In this document: positions 54,560 to 63,903 of the stretch, piece by piece | Numbering within the stretch: the first letter of the stretch is position 1 | Layout of the letters: each line of letters starts with the position of its first letter | NCBI GenBank assembly: GCA_030698385.1 | Contig: JAUYLZ010000033.1 | Location: 9,905 to 73,904 of the forward strand | Source: a bacterium | Lineage (GTDB): Bacteria > Patescibacteriota > Patescibacteriia > Patescibacteriales > XYC2-FULL-47-12 | Direction: 5' to 3' | DNA: 64,000 nt | Program-made: the position numbers and the translations under genes | Notes under the pieces: model-generated | Seen by the model: the letters and a program-made list of their open reading frames with translations, nothing else | Database searches by the model: none | What the model was told of the DNA's origin: nothing

Positions 54560-56038
54560 ATGACACAAAATAAGCAATTAAGGTTTAGAATGATTATCCC
54601 GGCTTTTCCGCGCAATAACATTTATACGCGAATTGCTAAAAAAACAACTTCTTTGGGGCCTGTCTTAGTGGCTTCCGCTGTAAAAAAATTTTTGCCCAAT
54701 TGGGCGGTAGAAATTATTGATGAAAATAATTATCATCATGGACCATTGGCTGCGGACAACAAACCGGATCATACAATTCTGCAACAAGAAGACCCTGCTG
54801 ATGTAGTCGGTTTTTATTGTGGACTAACATCGACCATGCTCCGTGTCTGGGAGTTAGCCCAATTCTATAAACAATCAGGGGCAATTACCCTCGCCGGCAG
54901 CTGGCATGTTAAAGCCCTACCGGAAGAATCTTTAGAAAAAAATATTGATGTTGTGGTAATCGGCGATGGTGAAAAAGCAATTATTGACATTCTCACAAAG
55001 TTTGAAAATCAAAAAGACATACCGAGTATTATTACTGCCGAAAATATTAATCTTGCCTGTGACCTGCCATTTCCTGATTTTGGAATTTTAAGATTCGCTA
55101 GAATGAAATTGTATCCGCTGGGCATGATTCGCGGCTGTTCAAAAAAATGTGAATTCTGTCTGGTAAAAGACAAACCACGCTGGGGAACGCCGGAATACTT
55201 ATATGATTTGATGAAATGGCTGGTAGAAACTAGGCGTGCAAATAAATTTTTCCTAGTGGATGATCGTCTGGAAGAAAATCGCGAAGGCTATCTAAAATTC
55301 TTTGGGCTAGTTGCGCAAAAATATGGCCATAGCAAAGAACTCACTGCTCAAGCCAGATTGGAGGCTATTGAAGATAGTGAGTTGATAACGGCAATGGTAA
55401 ACGCTGGTGTAAAAAATGTTTGTCATGGAGTTGAATCCCCTATCCAAGCAGAACTTAATGCCATGCAAAAAGGCCTAAAAGTACAAAAAATGCTTGGTTA
55501 CCTGAAAGCCTGGCGAAAACTTTTTTTTGTGCACGCTATGTTTATGTGGGGTTACCCTCTAAAAACCGGCGTCCAAATTTCCTACTCGGAAAGAATTAAA
55601 ACTTTTAAAAGCTTTATCCGCAAAGGAAAGCCAGATACCATTCAGATATTACGGACGGTTCCTTTGCCTGGGTCGGAACTAAGAGAACGGCTAGAAGCAG
55701 AGAATAGGTTATTTCCGCTCAACGAGGTCAACTGGGATAAGTATGACGGCAATTTTGTCTGTTTTCTGCCCGGTCCCAATGATTTATCTTTAATTGAGAT
55801 TCAAAAAGGGCCGACTAAACTAATGCGATGGTTTTATTACTCTTTGGCCTGGGTGGTTTTTCCTTGGCGGACGATAATGATGCCGTTTGATTACATCTTT
55901 AGAGGCTGGTCACAGTGGTACCGCGGCTGGCGCAATGATCTTGCAAAAATAGGCGCTAATATCCTTCTTTTCAAGGAAAGACAGTCTGAAAAAAAGTTTA
56001 TCAAATTTTTACGTAATAAAAAAAAACAAAACACATAA
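54560..56038 (+). CDS. B12-binding domain-containing radical SAM protein
   Basis: Internal ATG at 54560 preferred (MTQNKQ...). N-terminal cobalamin-binding-like Rossmann region. CxxxCxxC cluster motif GCSKKCEFC. ~490 aa, typical of class B radical SAM enzymes. Confidence 0.75.
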   Translation: MTQNKQLRFRMIIPAFPRNNIYTRIAKKTTSLGPVLVASAVKKFLPNWAVEIIDENNYHHGPLAADNKPDHTILQQEDPADVVGFYCGLTSTMLRVWELAQFYKQSGAITLAGSWHVKALPEESLEKNIDVVVIGDGEKAIIDILTKFENQKDIPSIITAENINLACDLPFPDFGILRFARMKLYPLGMIRGCSKKCEFCLVKDKPRWGTPEYLYDLMKWLVETRRANKFFLVDDRLEENREGYLKFFGLVAQKYGHSKELTAQARLEAIEDSELITAMVNAGVKNVCHGVESPIQAELNAMQKGLKVQKMLGYLKAWRKLFFVHAMFMWGYPLKTGVQISYSERIKTFKSFIRKGKPDTIQILRTVPLPGSELRERLEAENRLFPLNEVNWDKYDGNFVCFLPGPNDLSLIEIQKGPTKLMRWFYYSLAWVVFPWRTIMMPFDYIFRGWSQWYRGWRNDLAKIGANILLFKERQSEKKFIKFLRNKKKQNT

Positions 56039-56135
56039 TAGCATACACGCCTCGGAATAAATATTCCGAGGCTATATTTTTTTTAAATAATTAATTGGCT
56101 TGCTTTTTTTCACCAAGTATCTTATAATATCACTC

Positions 56136-57509
56136 ATGAACTACACCTCATTAAAATTAAAAAAATATATTTTAATTCTTGGAGATATTGCGGTTCTTTA
56201 CTTGTCGCTATATCTCACGCTGATAGTTCGCTACGCGGAGTTGCCGACGGCCAACCTTTGGCAAGAACACTTCTGGCCGTTCACCGTTATTTTTTTTGTA
56301 TGGCTGATTATTTTTTATTTAAATAATCTATATGATTTAACTCTGGCGATTAATAACGTCAAATTTTACGGGCTTTCAGCGAACGCTCTTTTTTTTAATT
56401 TTTTAATCGGTTCCGCGTTTTTTTACCTCATCCCGCAGATTGGCATCACGCCAAAAAGAAATCTTTTTATTGATATTATAATCACCGCGATTATTTTTAT
56501 TCTCTGGAGACTAGTTTATAATGTGATATTAAAAACGTATCTGCCGAAAAGCAATGTCGCCATCATCGGGCTTAACGATCAGGTGCGCGAAATTATCAAG
56601 CATTTTCACAACTACCCTCATCTTGGATTCAAAATTGCCTGTTTGCTTTATGATAAAGAGGTCTATGAACAAGGCTTGTATAATATAAAAATTTGCAAAA
56701 ATGTTGATAATATAAAAGCAGAAATAAAAAATAATAATATTTCTATTGTTGTTCTCGCTGAAGATTTGCAAAAATCACAAGAACTTAGATCACAGCTATT
56801 TTCAGCCATTCACCTGGGAGTGAACTTCACCAGCTTAAATCATTTTTACGAAAAAATTATGGGAAAAATTCCCGTACAGGCGATTAACCAGATGTGGTTT
56901 TTGGAAAATTTAAACGAGGGCAGCAAGTTCTGGTTTGATTATTTTAAGCGTCTCTACGACGTTATTTTAGCTTTTGCCATTCTAATTATAACTATTCCCT
57001 TCTGGCCGATAATCGGTCTGATAATTACTTTGGAAAGCCGCGGCTCCATGTTTTACTCACAAAAAAGAGTCGGCATAAACAACAAAATTATTCATCTGAC
57101 AAAATTCCGCACTATGATTGAAACCGGAAATACCCGCCGACCGACAGTACCCAACGACTCGCGCGTAACACGCCTTGGCGGCTATCTGCGCCGCATGCGC
57201 ATTGATGAAATACCGCAGGTCATAAATATCATCAAAGGCGACATGAGCTTCATCGGCCCGCGCCCGGAACGACCGGAACTTGTGGTAAACTTACAAAAAG
57301 AAATTCCTTTTTATAACGAGCGCACGCTGGTTCTGCCCGGCGTTACCGGCTGGGACCAGGTCTGCGGCGAATATCATTCGCCCTCCACTGAAGATACAAT
57401 AAAAAAACTCCAGTATGATTTGTTTTATATAAAAAACAGATCTGTATTTTTAGACCTGTTGATTATTTTAAAGACATTAAGAACGGTTGTTTTGGGAAAG
57501 GGGCGATAA
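56136..57509 (+). CDS. polyprenyl-phosphate glycosyl-1-phosphate transferase (WbaP/bacterial sugar transferase family)
   Basis: Start at ATG 56136 (MNYTSLK...). 4-5 N-terminal TM. C-terminal sugar transferase domain (KRLYDVILAF ... YSQKRVGINNKIIHLTKFRTM ... DEIPQVINIIKGDMSFIGPRPERPE). Confidence 0.8.
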   Translation: MNYTSLKLKKYILILGDIAVLYLSLYLTLIVRYAELPTANLWQEHFWPFTVIFFVWLIIFYLNNLYDLTLAINNVKFYGLSANALFFNFLIGSAFFYLIPQIGITPKRNLFIDIIITAIIFILWRLVYNVILKTYLPKSNVAIIGLNDQVREIIKHFHNYPHLGFKIACLLYDKEVYEQGLYNIKICKNVDNIKAEIKNNNISIVVLAEDLQKSQELRSQLFSAIHLGVNFTSLNHFYEKIMGKIPVQAINQMWFLENLNEGSKFWFDYFKRLYDVILAFAILIITIPFWPIIGLIITLESRGSMFYSQKRVGINNKIIHLTKFRTMIETGNTRRPTVPNDSRVTRLGGYLRRMRIDEIPQVINIIKGDMSFIGPRPERPELVVNLQKEIPFYNERTLVLPGVTGWDQVCGEYHSPSTEDTIKKLQYDLFYIKNRSVFLDLLIILKTLRTVVLGKGR

Positions 57510-57513
57510 AAAT

Positions 57514-58731
57514 TTATTTAATTGAGTTAAATAAATATATAAATAAATTTTTATCTGCCTTGCTAAATTTGATTCTGCGCCGTGCCATGACTTTTCCAGC
57601 AGTAACCATAGCTTTATCAAGTTGATAGCTCATCTCGTTTTTACCCGCTTCCAGCCAAGAAAATGAAGGTATGTATTTTGGCAAATAACCGGCGCCAAAA
57701 ATGTTACTGGAAAAACCCACAGTTGTGCCGGTATTAAACATGGTATTGATTCCGCTTTTAGAATGATCGCCCATGAATAAGCCGACAAAAGTTAACCCGG
57801 TGTTAATTTTATTTTTACCGTCAAAAATAATATCAACATTGCTGTAATTATTCTTTAAATCACTATTATTGGTATTTGCGCCCAAATTGCACCAAGAGCC
57901 GATATAGGCGTGGCCCAAAAAACCATCGTGCTGCTTGTTGCTATAGTCTAAAATGATGCTTTCCTCAACTTCACCGCCGACTTTGCAAACCGAACCAATG
58001 GAGGTGCCTTCATAAATTTTAGCGCCGACTTTTATTTTAGACTGTGGACCAATATAGACTGGGCCAATGATGACGCTGTTAGGCATGACTTCCGTCTTTT
58101 CCTCAATAACCACTGGACCGTCTTCAGCGTTAATCACTGCACCCGGCATTATTTTACTGCCTTGTCCTATAAAAATATTTTTTTTATTTATTAAATACGC
58201 GCCAGGATAAACTTGGCCGGCAATTTTCCCCAATGAAAAACTTTTCGCGTCGCTAATTATTTGTTCGCTGTTGCCGTTAACTAAATCCCAAATATAGTTT
58301 GCTAATTTTACTTTAACTTGAATTTTTTTAAGTTTATTTTCTTGTAAACTAAAATAATTATCTGTATTATTAATAAGCGCTAAATTTTCTTTGGTTAAAT
58401 ATGCCGCCACTAACTCTTGTCTTACATAAAATACGGCATCAGTTTTCGTCTTAGTAACTGTCTGCAGAAAATTTTTATCTGCAACTACTCTTCCATTGAT
58501 AAAAAGCGTAGCCTCGGAATTTTTTTTCTGAATAAATAATTTGAAATTCTGCTTTTTTGCCATCGGTTGCAGATATTTTCGGCAATGATAACAATAGCTG
58601 GCCCGAGGCTGGTATTTAATAATTTTTTGAGCCAAAGTAAAAATACCGCAACGCATTTCCCAGACGGGTCGTGAAAGCGTCAAAGGATAAAAATTATTCG
58701 CTTTTTTATCTTCAAAGATACAAATTTGCAT
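57514..58731 (-). CDS. GlmU-like sugar nucleotidyltransferase/acyltransferase with left-handed beta-helix (hexapeptide repeats)
   Basis: 405 aa. N-terminus IFEDKKANNFYPLTLSRPVWEMRCG resembles sugar-nucleotidyltransferase starts. Long C-terminal run of [LIV]-G-x-x-x-x hexapeptides (IGQGSKIMPGAVINAEDGPVVIEEKTEVMPNSVIIGPVYIGPQSKIKVGAKI...). Confidence 0.55.
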   Translation of the reverse strand: MQICIFEDKKANNFYPLTLSRPVWEMRCGIFTLAQKIIKYQPRASYCYHCRKYLQPMAKKQNFKLFIQKKNSEATLFINGRVVADKNFLQTVTKTKTDAVFYVRQELVAAYLTKENLALINNTDNYFSLQENKLKKIQVKVKLANYIWDLVNGNSEQIISDAKSFSLGKIAGQVYPGAYLINKKNIFIGQGSKIMPGAVINAEDGPVVIEEKTEVMPNSVIIGPVYIGPQSKIKVGAKIYEGTSIGSVCKVGGEVEESIILDYSNKQHDGFLGHAYIGSWCNLGANTNNSDLKNNYSNVDIIFDGKNKINTGLTFVGLFMGDHSKSGINTMFNTGTTVGFSSNIFGAGYLPKYIPSFSWLEAGKNEMSYQLDKAMVTAGKVMARRRIKFSKADKNLFIYLFNSIK

Positions 58732-58828
58732 TATTTTAAAATATCTAATAATTAAATATGGGGTCTGCTCTAACGAACTAAAATAAAAATTATTTTCGTT
58801 TTTATTTTTTTATATTTTGCAATAGTAT

Positions 58829-59542
58829 TTAATATTTTAATAAGCGTGTTAACAAAAATTCTGCTACTTCCAAATCATACGGCACGTTGATGTCTATTGA
58901 CCTGTTCGCCGGCATTATATATGCCCGGGAAGTCTTGCCAAATGAATCACCTTGCATAATAAGCGATGTTTTAGTTAGATAAACTGCGCAATTGCGTTTA
59001 TATGCTTTTACGCCTTTCTGCCTTGATAAAGACTGGCGGCCTTCGTCAGTAAAAAGAGGTTTAATCAAATTGTTTTTTGTAATAAGTTTTATTTTAGACG
59101 GATCAAAATCAACTAACTCTACCATGCTCATAACTGAATCGGCATTTGAATCAACTGCAATTTTAATACATTCATCAATATCTTCAGCTGATCTTAGGGG
59201 AGAAGTTGGTTGTAAAGTCATAACATAATCATACGAGGCTTTTTGATTTTCCTTAAGCCACCGCAAAGCATGCTGAACTACCGGCATATGAGGCGTATCA
59301 TGCTGCGCCAGCGCTGCCGGACGCATAAATGGCACCTTGCCGCCGTAAATCTTTGCGACTTCAGCAATTTCGTCATCATCCGTTGAAACAATACAGTTCG
59401 TCAAAAGAGCGCTGGCTTGAGCCACCTGTAAAGTATAAGCAATCATTGGCCTTCCTCCTAACAAAACTATATTTTTCTTCGGGATGCTGGTAGAGCCGCC
59501 GCGAGCCGTTATTAAACCTAAAATTTTTTTATTTTTATACAT
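58829..59542 (-). CDS. CMP-sugar synthetase (acylneuraminate/nonulosonate cytidylyltransferase family)
   Basis: 237 aa. LITARGGSTSIPKKNI N-terminal signature of the NeuA/KdsB cytidylyltransferase family. Overlaps the neighbour by 1 bp. Confidence 0.8.
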   Translation of the reverse strand: MYKNKKILGLITARGGSTSIPKKNIVLLGGRPMIAYTLQVAQASALLTNCIVSTDDDEIAEVAKIYGGKVPFMRPAALAQHDTPHMPVVQHALRWLKENQKASYDYVMTLQPTSPLRSAEDIDECIKIAVDSNADSVMSMVELVDFDPSKIKLITKNNLIKPLFTDEGRQSLSRQKGVKAYKRNCAVYLTKTSLIMQGDSFGKTSRAYIMPANRSIDINVPYDLEVAEFLLTRLLKY

Positions 59543-59543
59543 A

Positions 59544-61055
59544 TTATTTAGTGCAGTCGCTGGAACTGCGAATTAATATGGCGTAACTGTCAATTGTTTG
59601 ATCAAGCTGATAACAACTATAATCAAGATCATGCAACCCCGCCTCTTTACTTAAATATACCGCGGGCGAGATCAACATGTCATATTCACCGCGCTCAATT
59701 GCTGTTCTAATTTCTCTGCCGAGACTTAGCTTTTCATTTATCCTAATATATTGATAAAAATTTTCATTCGGATATAAGTATGCAAGTTCAGATGCGTTAT
59801 AAAAAACGACGCTAGTTGATGGTTTGATGGTTTTTAAATACTGACCGAGAGGAGTTATTTTATCCGGTCTATACCCCCACTCTTCATTACCGAGATGAAT
59901 AAACTGAACTGCCAGCAATAACCCAACGGCGACAACAGCTAAATCTTTCCGCCAATTTAAAAATTTAACTATGTAAAGCACGGCTGCCGGTAGAAAAATA
60001 AAAAGCAAGACATGGGCCGGAAAAAAATAACGATACCAGCCTGGTGTACGCAGATAAGCGCCGATTGTCAACAAAGAAAAACAGAACACAATGATCTCAA
60101 CGCTATAAATTTTTTCTTTCTTTTTAAATTTAATGATTAAAAAAAACAAAAAAACCGTGAGAAGCGCGCTAAAATGAACCGGCGTTGACTCCATAAAAAA
60201 TCTAAAAAAGTTAGAGGATAACAAATTTAATATTTCCTCAGCCGGCAGTTGATAAGGATTGCTGTAAAAAGAATACATTTCTGCCCAGTTAATGGCGCCG
60301 CTAAATTGCGTCTTCACCCAGATAACTAACGGCGCTATAAAACCGATTGCTCCGCTTAAAAAAGTGTAGGGCAATTTTTTCCAAAAATGAATTTTAAAAA
60401 TAACGGATACTAATACTGCCGCGGCAATTATTAAAAAAGACGGCTTTGTGGCGGCAGCCAAACCAAAGCCCAGCCCGGCTAGAAAAGCGTAAATTTGACG
60501 CTGATTGGCGCCAAACTTTCTGTCCATTTCTTCAGTCAGGTGCATAAAAAACATGCCAAAGGTAAAATAAAACAGTCCCGGCACCTCACCAATAACTGAC
60601 TTTCCGTTGCCGTAAAGCGGGGCAAAGGTGGTAAGTAACAGTGTAGCAGCCAGCGCTAAATAGCCGCCATAAAGCCTTTGGACCAGTAGATAAAAACTTA
60701 AAGTAAAACCAATAATAAAAAGCGCCATTATGACGCGAGCTCCAAATATACTCTGTCCGAAAAATTTAACCAGAAAAGCCTGCGGCAAAAGCAGTGGATA
60801 GCCAACTGTAACCAGTGATAAGTCGCTGTAACTGTCAGGACTAAGCTGAACGCCAAATACTCCGTTATCGGCCAGCGTCCGCCCGGCATGTAAGAATATT
60901 CCTTCATCAAACCAAACTGCAGGCTTACTGGTTAAATTGTAAAAACTGGCGGATAGAACAATAGCCGCCGCGAAAATACCAAGTAAGATTTTTACCTGAT
61001 TTGTTTTCAGCGTTAAATTTTTAAATTTATATCTATGCATAATAAGCCTTATCAC
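59544..61055 (-). CDS. GT-C fold glycosyltransferase (ArnT/PMT-like, GT83/GT39 family)
   Basis: 503 aa, ~11 TM. N-terminal PAVWFDEGIFLHAGRTL (DE motif in first periplasmic loop) typical of ArnT/PMT glycosyltransferases. Confidence 0.7.
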   Translation of the reverse strand: MIRLIMHRYKFKNLTLKTNQVKILLGIFAAAIVLSASFYNLTSKPAVWFDEGIFLHAGRTLADNGVFGVQLSPDSYSDLSLVTVGYPLLLPQAFLVKFFGQSIFGARVIMALFIIGFTLSFYLLVQRLYGGYLALAATLLLTTFAPLYGNGKSVIGEVPGLFYFTFGMFFMHLTEEMDRKFGANQRQIYAFLAGLGFGLAAATKPSFLIIAAAVLVSVIFKIHFWKKLPYTFLSGAIGFIAPLVIWVKTQFSGAINWAEMYSFYSNPYQLPAEEILNLLSSNFFRFFMESTPVHFSALLTVFLFFLIIKFKKKEKIYSVEIIVFCFSLLTIGAYLRTPGWYRYFFPAHVLLFIFLPAAVLYIVKFLNWRKDLAVVAVGLLLAVQFIHLGNEEWGYRPDKITPLGQYLKTIKPSTSVVFYNASELAYLYPNENFYQYIRINEKLSLGREIRTAIERGEYDMLISPAVYLSKEAGLHDLDYSCYQLDQTIDSYAILIRSSSDCTK

Positions 61056-61065
61056 TACTTATTTT

Positions 61066-62142
61066 TTAGTAAGCCCTGTCCTGATCTCCTCCCCCCTTAG
61101 TAGTATACCATTTCTTTGAATCTACTCTTGGTTTATTGTTAACCTTAAAAACAAAGTTTATAAAATTTTTACCCTTTAGATCCAAAGGGTTAAAGCGATT
61201 CGGCAAATATTTATAATAATTTTTATTGCAATTAACAAATCCCAGCTTCTGCAGACTATTTAAATGATAATCTCCGGAAAAAAAATAATCTATAAAATAA
61301 ATATTTTGATTTTTAAAATAATTAATTAAACTCTCTAAAAAAAATTTTTCGGTCTCGTCAAAAGAAATAAAATCTATAATGCGTGCGACTGGAAATTCAC
61401 CCCCCCCTTCTCTTCTTATTACAGCAAATGACTTAATCAAATTTTCAGATGTAAGTATGAATATCTCATAATTAATCAAAGGATGTTTAAAGTACCGCCA
61501 ATTTAAATAAGCTTCTGAACGCTCAACGCTTAAAGGGTATTTTTTTAACATATTTTCGCTGTTAAAAAAAACGTTTAATCTGTTATCAAAACTGTCTATT
61601 TTTTTAAAATTGTCAGAATATTTATTTTCATAGTCTAAATTTTCGAGTGCTTCACTGTTTGTAATTTTCAGATCTTTCAAACCGTCAAATTTTTTTATAC
61701 TGGAAACATTATAAATAAACACGTAGCGATTTAAATTAAATCCCCTCCACCCTCGGCCAGTAAATAGCTTCATGGCATCTTCATTTAAACCATGGTCGCA
61801 GGCTAGCGGACTAATCTTTTCAGCTTCACGCAGCAATAAATAACCTAAACCAAAATTTCTTAAATCTTTTTTTACGATTAAATTTGCTAAGCTAGTGCAA
61901 TTTATTTTAGCATTAAAATAATTAAATTTTAATACGGTCATGCCAAAAACTCCAATTAAAGAGCCCCCTCCACTAAAAACTCCTAAAATTGAAAAATTAT
62001 TGTTTGCCAACGGAAATTCGCCAAACTGCCAATGAATGTATTTGGGGTCAGTCAATATATGTGATGGTCCATAGTTATCACGATTAAAATCAAGTAATTT
62101 TTCTTCTTCACTTTTTTGTAAAAATCTTATTTTGATGTCCAT
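61066..62142 (-). CDS. two-lobed GNAT-fold (FemAB/Acetyltransf_6-like) acyl/aminoacyl transferase, putative
   Basis: 358 aa. N-lobe LANLIVKKDLRNFGLGYLLLREAEK resembles GNAT motif A. A second GNAT-like lobe is in the C-terminal half. Overlaps the carrier-protein gene by 16 bp. Confidence 0.4.
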   Translation of the reverse strand: MDIKIRFLQKSEEEKLLDFNRDNYGPSHILTDPKYIHWQFGEFPLANNNFSILGVFSGGGSLIGVFGMTVLKFNYFNAKINCTSLANLIVKKDLRNFGLGYLLLREAEKISPLACDHGLNEDAMKLFTGRGWRGFNLNRYVFIYNVSSIKKFDGLKDLKITNSEALENLDYENKYSDNFKKIDSFDNRLNVFFNSENMLKKYPLSVERSEAYLNWRYFKHPLINYEIFILTSENLIKSFAVIRREGGGEFPVARIIDFISFDETEKFFLESLINYFKNQNIYFIDYFFSGDYHLNSLQKLGFVNCNKNYYKYLPNRFNPLDLKGKNFINFVFKVNNKPRVDSKKWYTTKGGGDQDRAY

Positions 62143-62381
62143 TGAATTATTTTTTTTGATATATTATCTATTGAATTAAAGTTTTCCGGAGTTAAGCTTA
62201 ATATATCAATTTCAATTTTAAATTTTTTTTCAATATAATCTATCAAACTAAACATCGTTAAAGAGCTCACTATCCCCTCTTTTACAAGATCACGCTCATC
62301 ATCTTCTATTGTAAAACTGGTCGCTTTAATTAAATAATCTCTCAAATTTTTTTTTATTTCTATCAAATCTATATTACTCAT
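62127..62381 (-). CDS. DltC-like aminoacyl/acyl carrier protein
   Basis: 84 aa. KEGIVSSLTMFSLIDYIEKKFKIEIDILSLTPENFNSIDNISKKII aligns with D-alanyl carrier protein DltC ([28 protein letters not shown]...IIAKV). The phosphopantetheine Ser lies in the SSL position. Confidence 0.6.
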   Translation of the reverse strand: MSNIDLIEIKKNLRDYLIKATSFTIEDDERDLVKEGIVSSLTMFSLIDYIEKKFKIEIDILSLTPENFNSIDNISKKIIQWTSK

Positions 62382-63903
62382 AATTTTTTTTTAATGTTTC
62401 TCTGTCAATTTTACCTGTACTTGTTTTAGGTAACAATGACAGAAAATGAAATTTACTTGGAATCATATAATATGGTAAAATTTTAGCAAGATCTGCGGAA
62501 ACCTGTTCAGATGATAAACTCTCTTTAGATGCGATAAAAGCTGTTAAATCTACTGCATTATTAAGTTCTCTAAAAATAATTGTTGTTTCAGTTACATAAT
62601 CTAATGAATAAATCGCTTTTTCAATTTCGCCAACTTCAATACGATACCCCATTCTCTTAAATTGATCATCTTTACGACCGATAAAACTGTAATTGCCATT
62701 TTCATCAAGATAAACTAAATCACCGGTTTTATATACGATATCTTTATATTTACTATTGAATGGATTTTGAATAAAAACTTCCCTAGTCTTTTTTTCATTG
62801 CACCAGTAACCCGGACTAAGGCAGGCGCCCCTGATAAAAAGCTCGCCGCTTGATTTTCTTTCCGCCTTTCGTCCATCTGCATCTAAAGCAAAAATTTCCG
62901 CGTTCGCGCACGATTTGCCGATTGGAACTGATTTATCTACTTCTTTCGGAACTTCCTTAATTCTATAAAAACTGCATTGAACCGTAGCCTCGGTGGGCCC
63001 ATACATATTAATAAATTCTTTATCCGGAAAAATCTTCATCCAATCTCTTAAATACTTAACCGGAAAAACTTCACCATTGAAACATATACTTCTGACTTTT
63101 TTTAATCTGCTTGGATCTATACTGCCTGCTTGAAAAAGATAAGAAAGCAATGACGGCACTGAATTCCAGATTGTAATTTCTGTCTTTTCTATGTAGTCCA
63201 CCAACGCTCCCGGAAAAACCGATAATTTTTCGGGAATTAAAACCAATGTTGCCCCGCTTTTTATTGATGAATAAATATCAAAAGTTGATAAGTCAAAATG
63301 AAAAGGAGGATGCGCCGATAATTTGTCTGCAGCCGTTATTTTTAGTTCTGATACCGACCATTCAGCCGCATCAATTACATTACGATGCGTAATCATTACT
63401 CCTTTGGGCGTGCCGGTCGAACCTGAGGTGTAAAAAATATATGCTAAATCGGAATCAATAGACTGATAATTTGGGTTTAAATTGCTTTGACTAGTTATTT
63501 GAGCATTGACCGCATCACTATCAAGAGAATATAACTCAATATCTTTTGCCGTCATTTTTTTTATTTTGTCTTCTGTTTCATCTTCATATAAAACAATTTT
63601 TGGCTTGGCATCATTGACAATTTTCTCTAATCTCTCATAAGGAGAATTCGCATCCAGAGGCACATATATGGCATCGGCTTTTAAAATGCCAAAAATAGTT
63701 GCTAAGGATTTAATTGATTTATGCAGACAAAAACAAACTCTGTCTCCATGTTTTATATCCAAATGTTTTAGATAATTAGCTATTTGATTAGCCAAGCTGT
63801 TCAAATCAGAATAATTAATAATTTCTTCATTAAAAATGGCCGCGATTTTATGCGGTTGTTTGATTGCCTGTTCATCCAGATATTGTTGAAGTAAATATAT
63901 CAT
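62374..63903 (-). CDS. DltA-like amino acid adenylation enzyme (AMP-binding, ANL superfamily)
   Basis: 509 aa. AMP-binding signature IFYTSGSTGTPKGVMITHRNV, YGPTE, GELFIRG, and C-terminal PKTSTGKIDR lysine motif. Length and organisation match DltA. Confidence 0.8.
   Translation of the reverse strand: MIYLLQQYLDEQAIKQPHKIAAIFNEEIINYSDLNSLANQIANYLKHLDIKHGDRVCFCLHKSIKSLATIFGILKADAIYVPLDANSPYERLEKIVNDAKPKIVLYEDETEDKIKKMTAKDIELYSLDSDAVNAQITSQSNLNPNYQSIDSDLAYIFYTSGSTGTPKGVMITHRNVIDAAEWSVSELKITAADKLSAHPPFHFDLSTFDIYSSIKSGATLVLIPEKLSVFPGALVDYIEKTEITIWNSVPSLLSYLFQAGSIDPSRLKKVRSICFNGEVFPVKYLRDWMKIFPDKEFINMYGPTEATVQCSFYRIKEVPKEVDKSVPIGKSCANAEIFALDADGRKAERKSSGELFIRGACLSPGYWCNEKKTREVFIQNPFNSKYKDIVYKTGDLVYLDENGNYSFIGRKDDQFKRMGYRIEVGEIEKAIYSLDYVTETTIIFRELNNAVDLTAFIASKESLSSEQVSADLAKILPYYMIPSKFHFLSLLPKTSTGKIDRETLKKNYE

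Noticed and set aside
56100-56135. Upstream start (non-ATG) for the WbaP-like gene
   Set aside because: The track start is a non-ATG codon. The first ATG (56136) gives a typical N-terminus before TM1.
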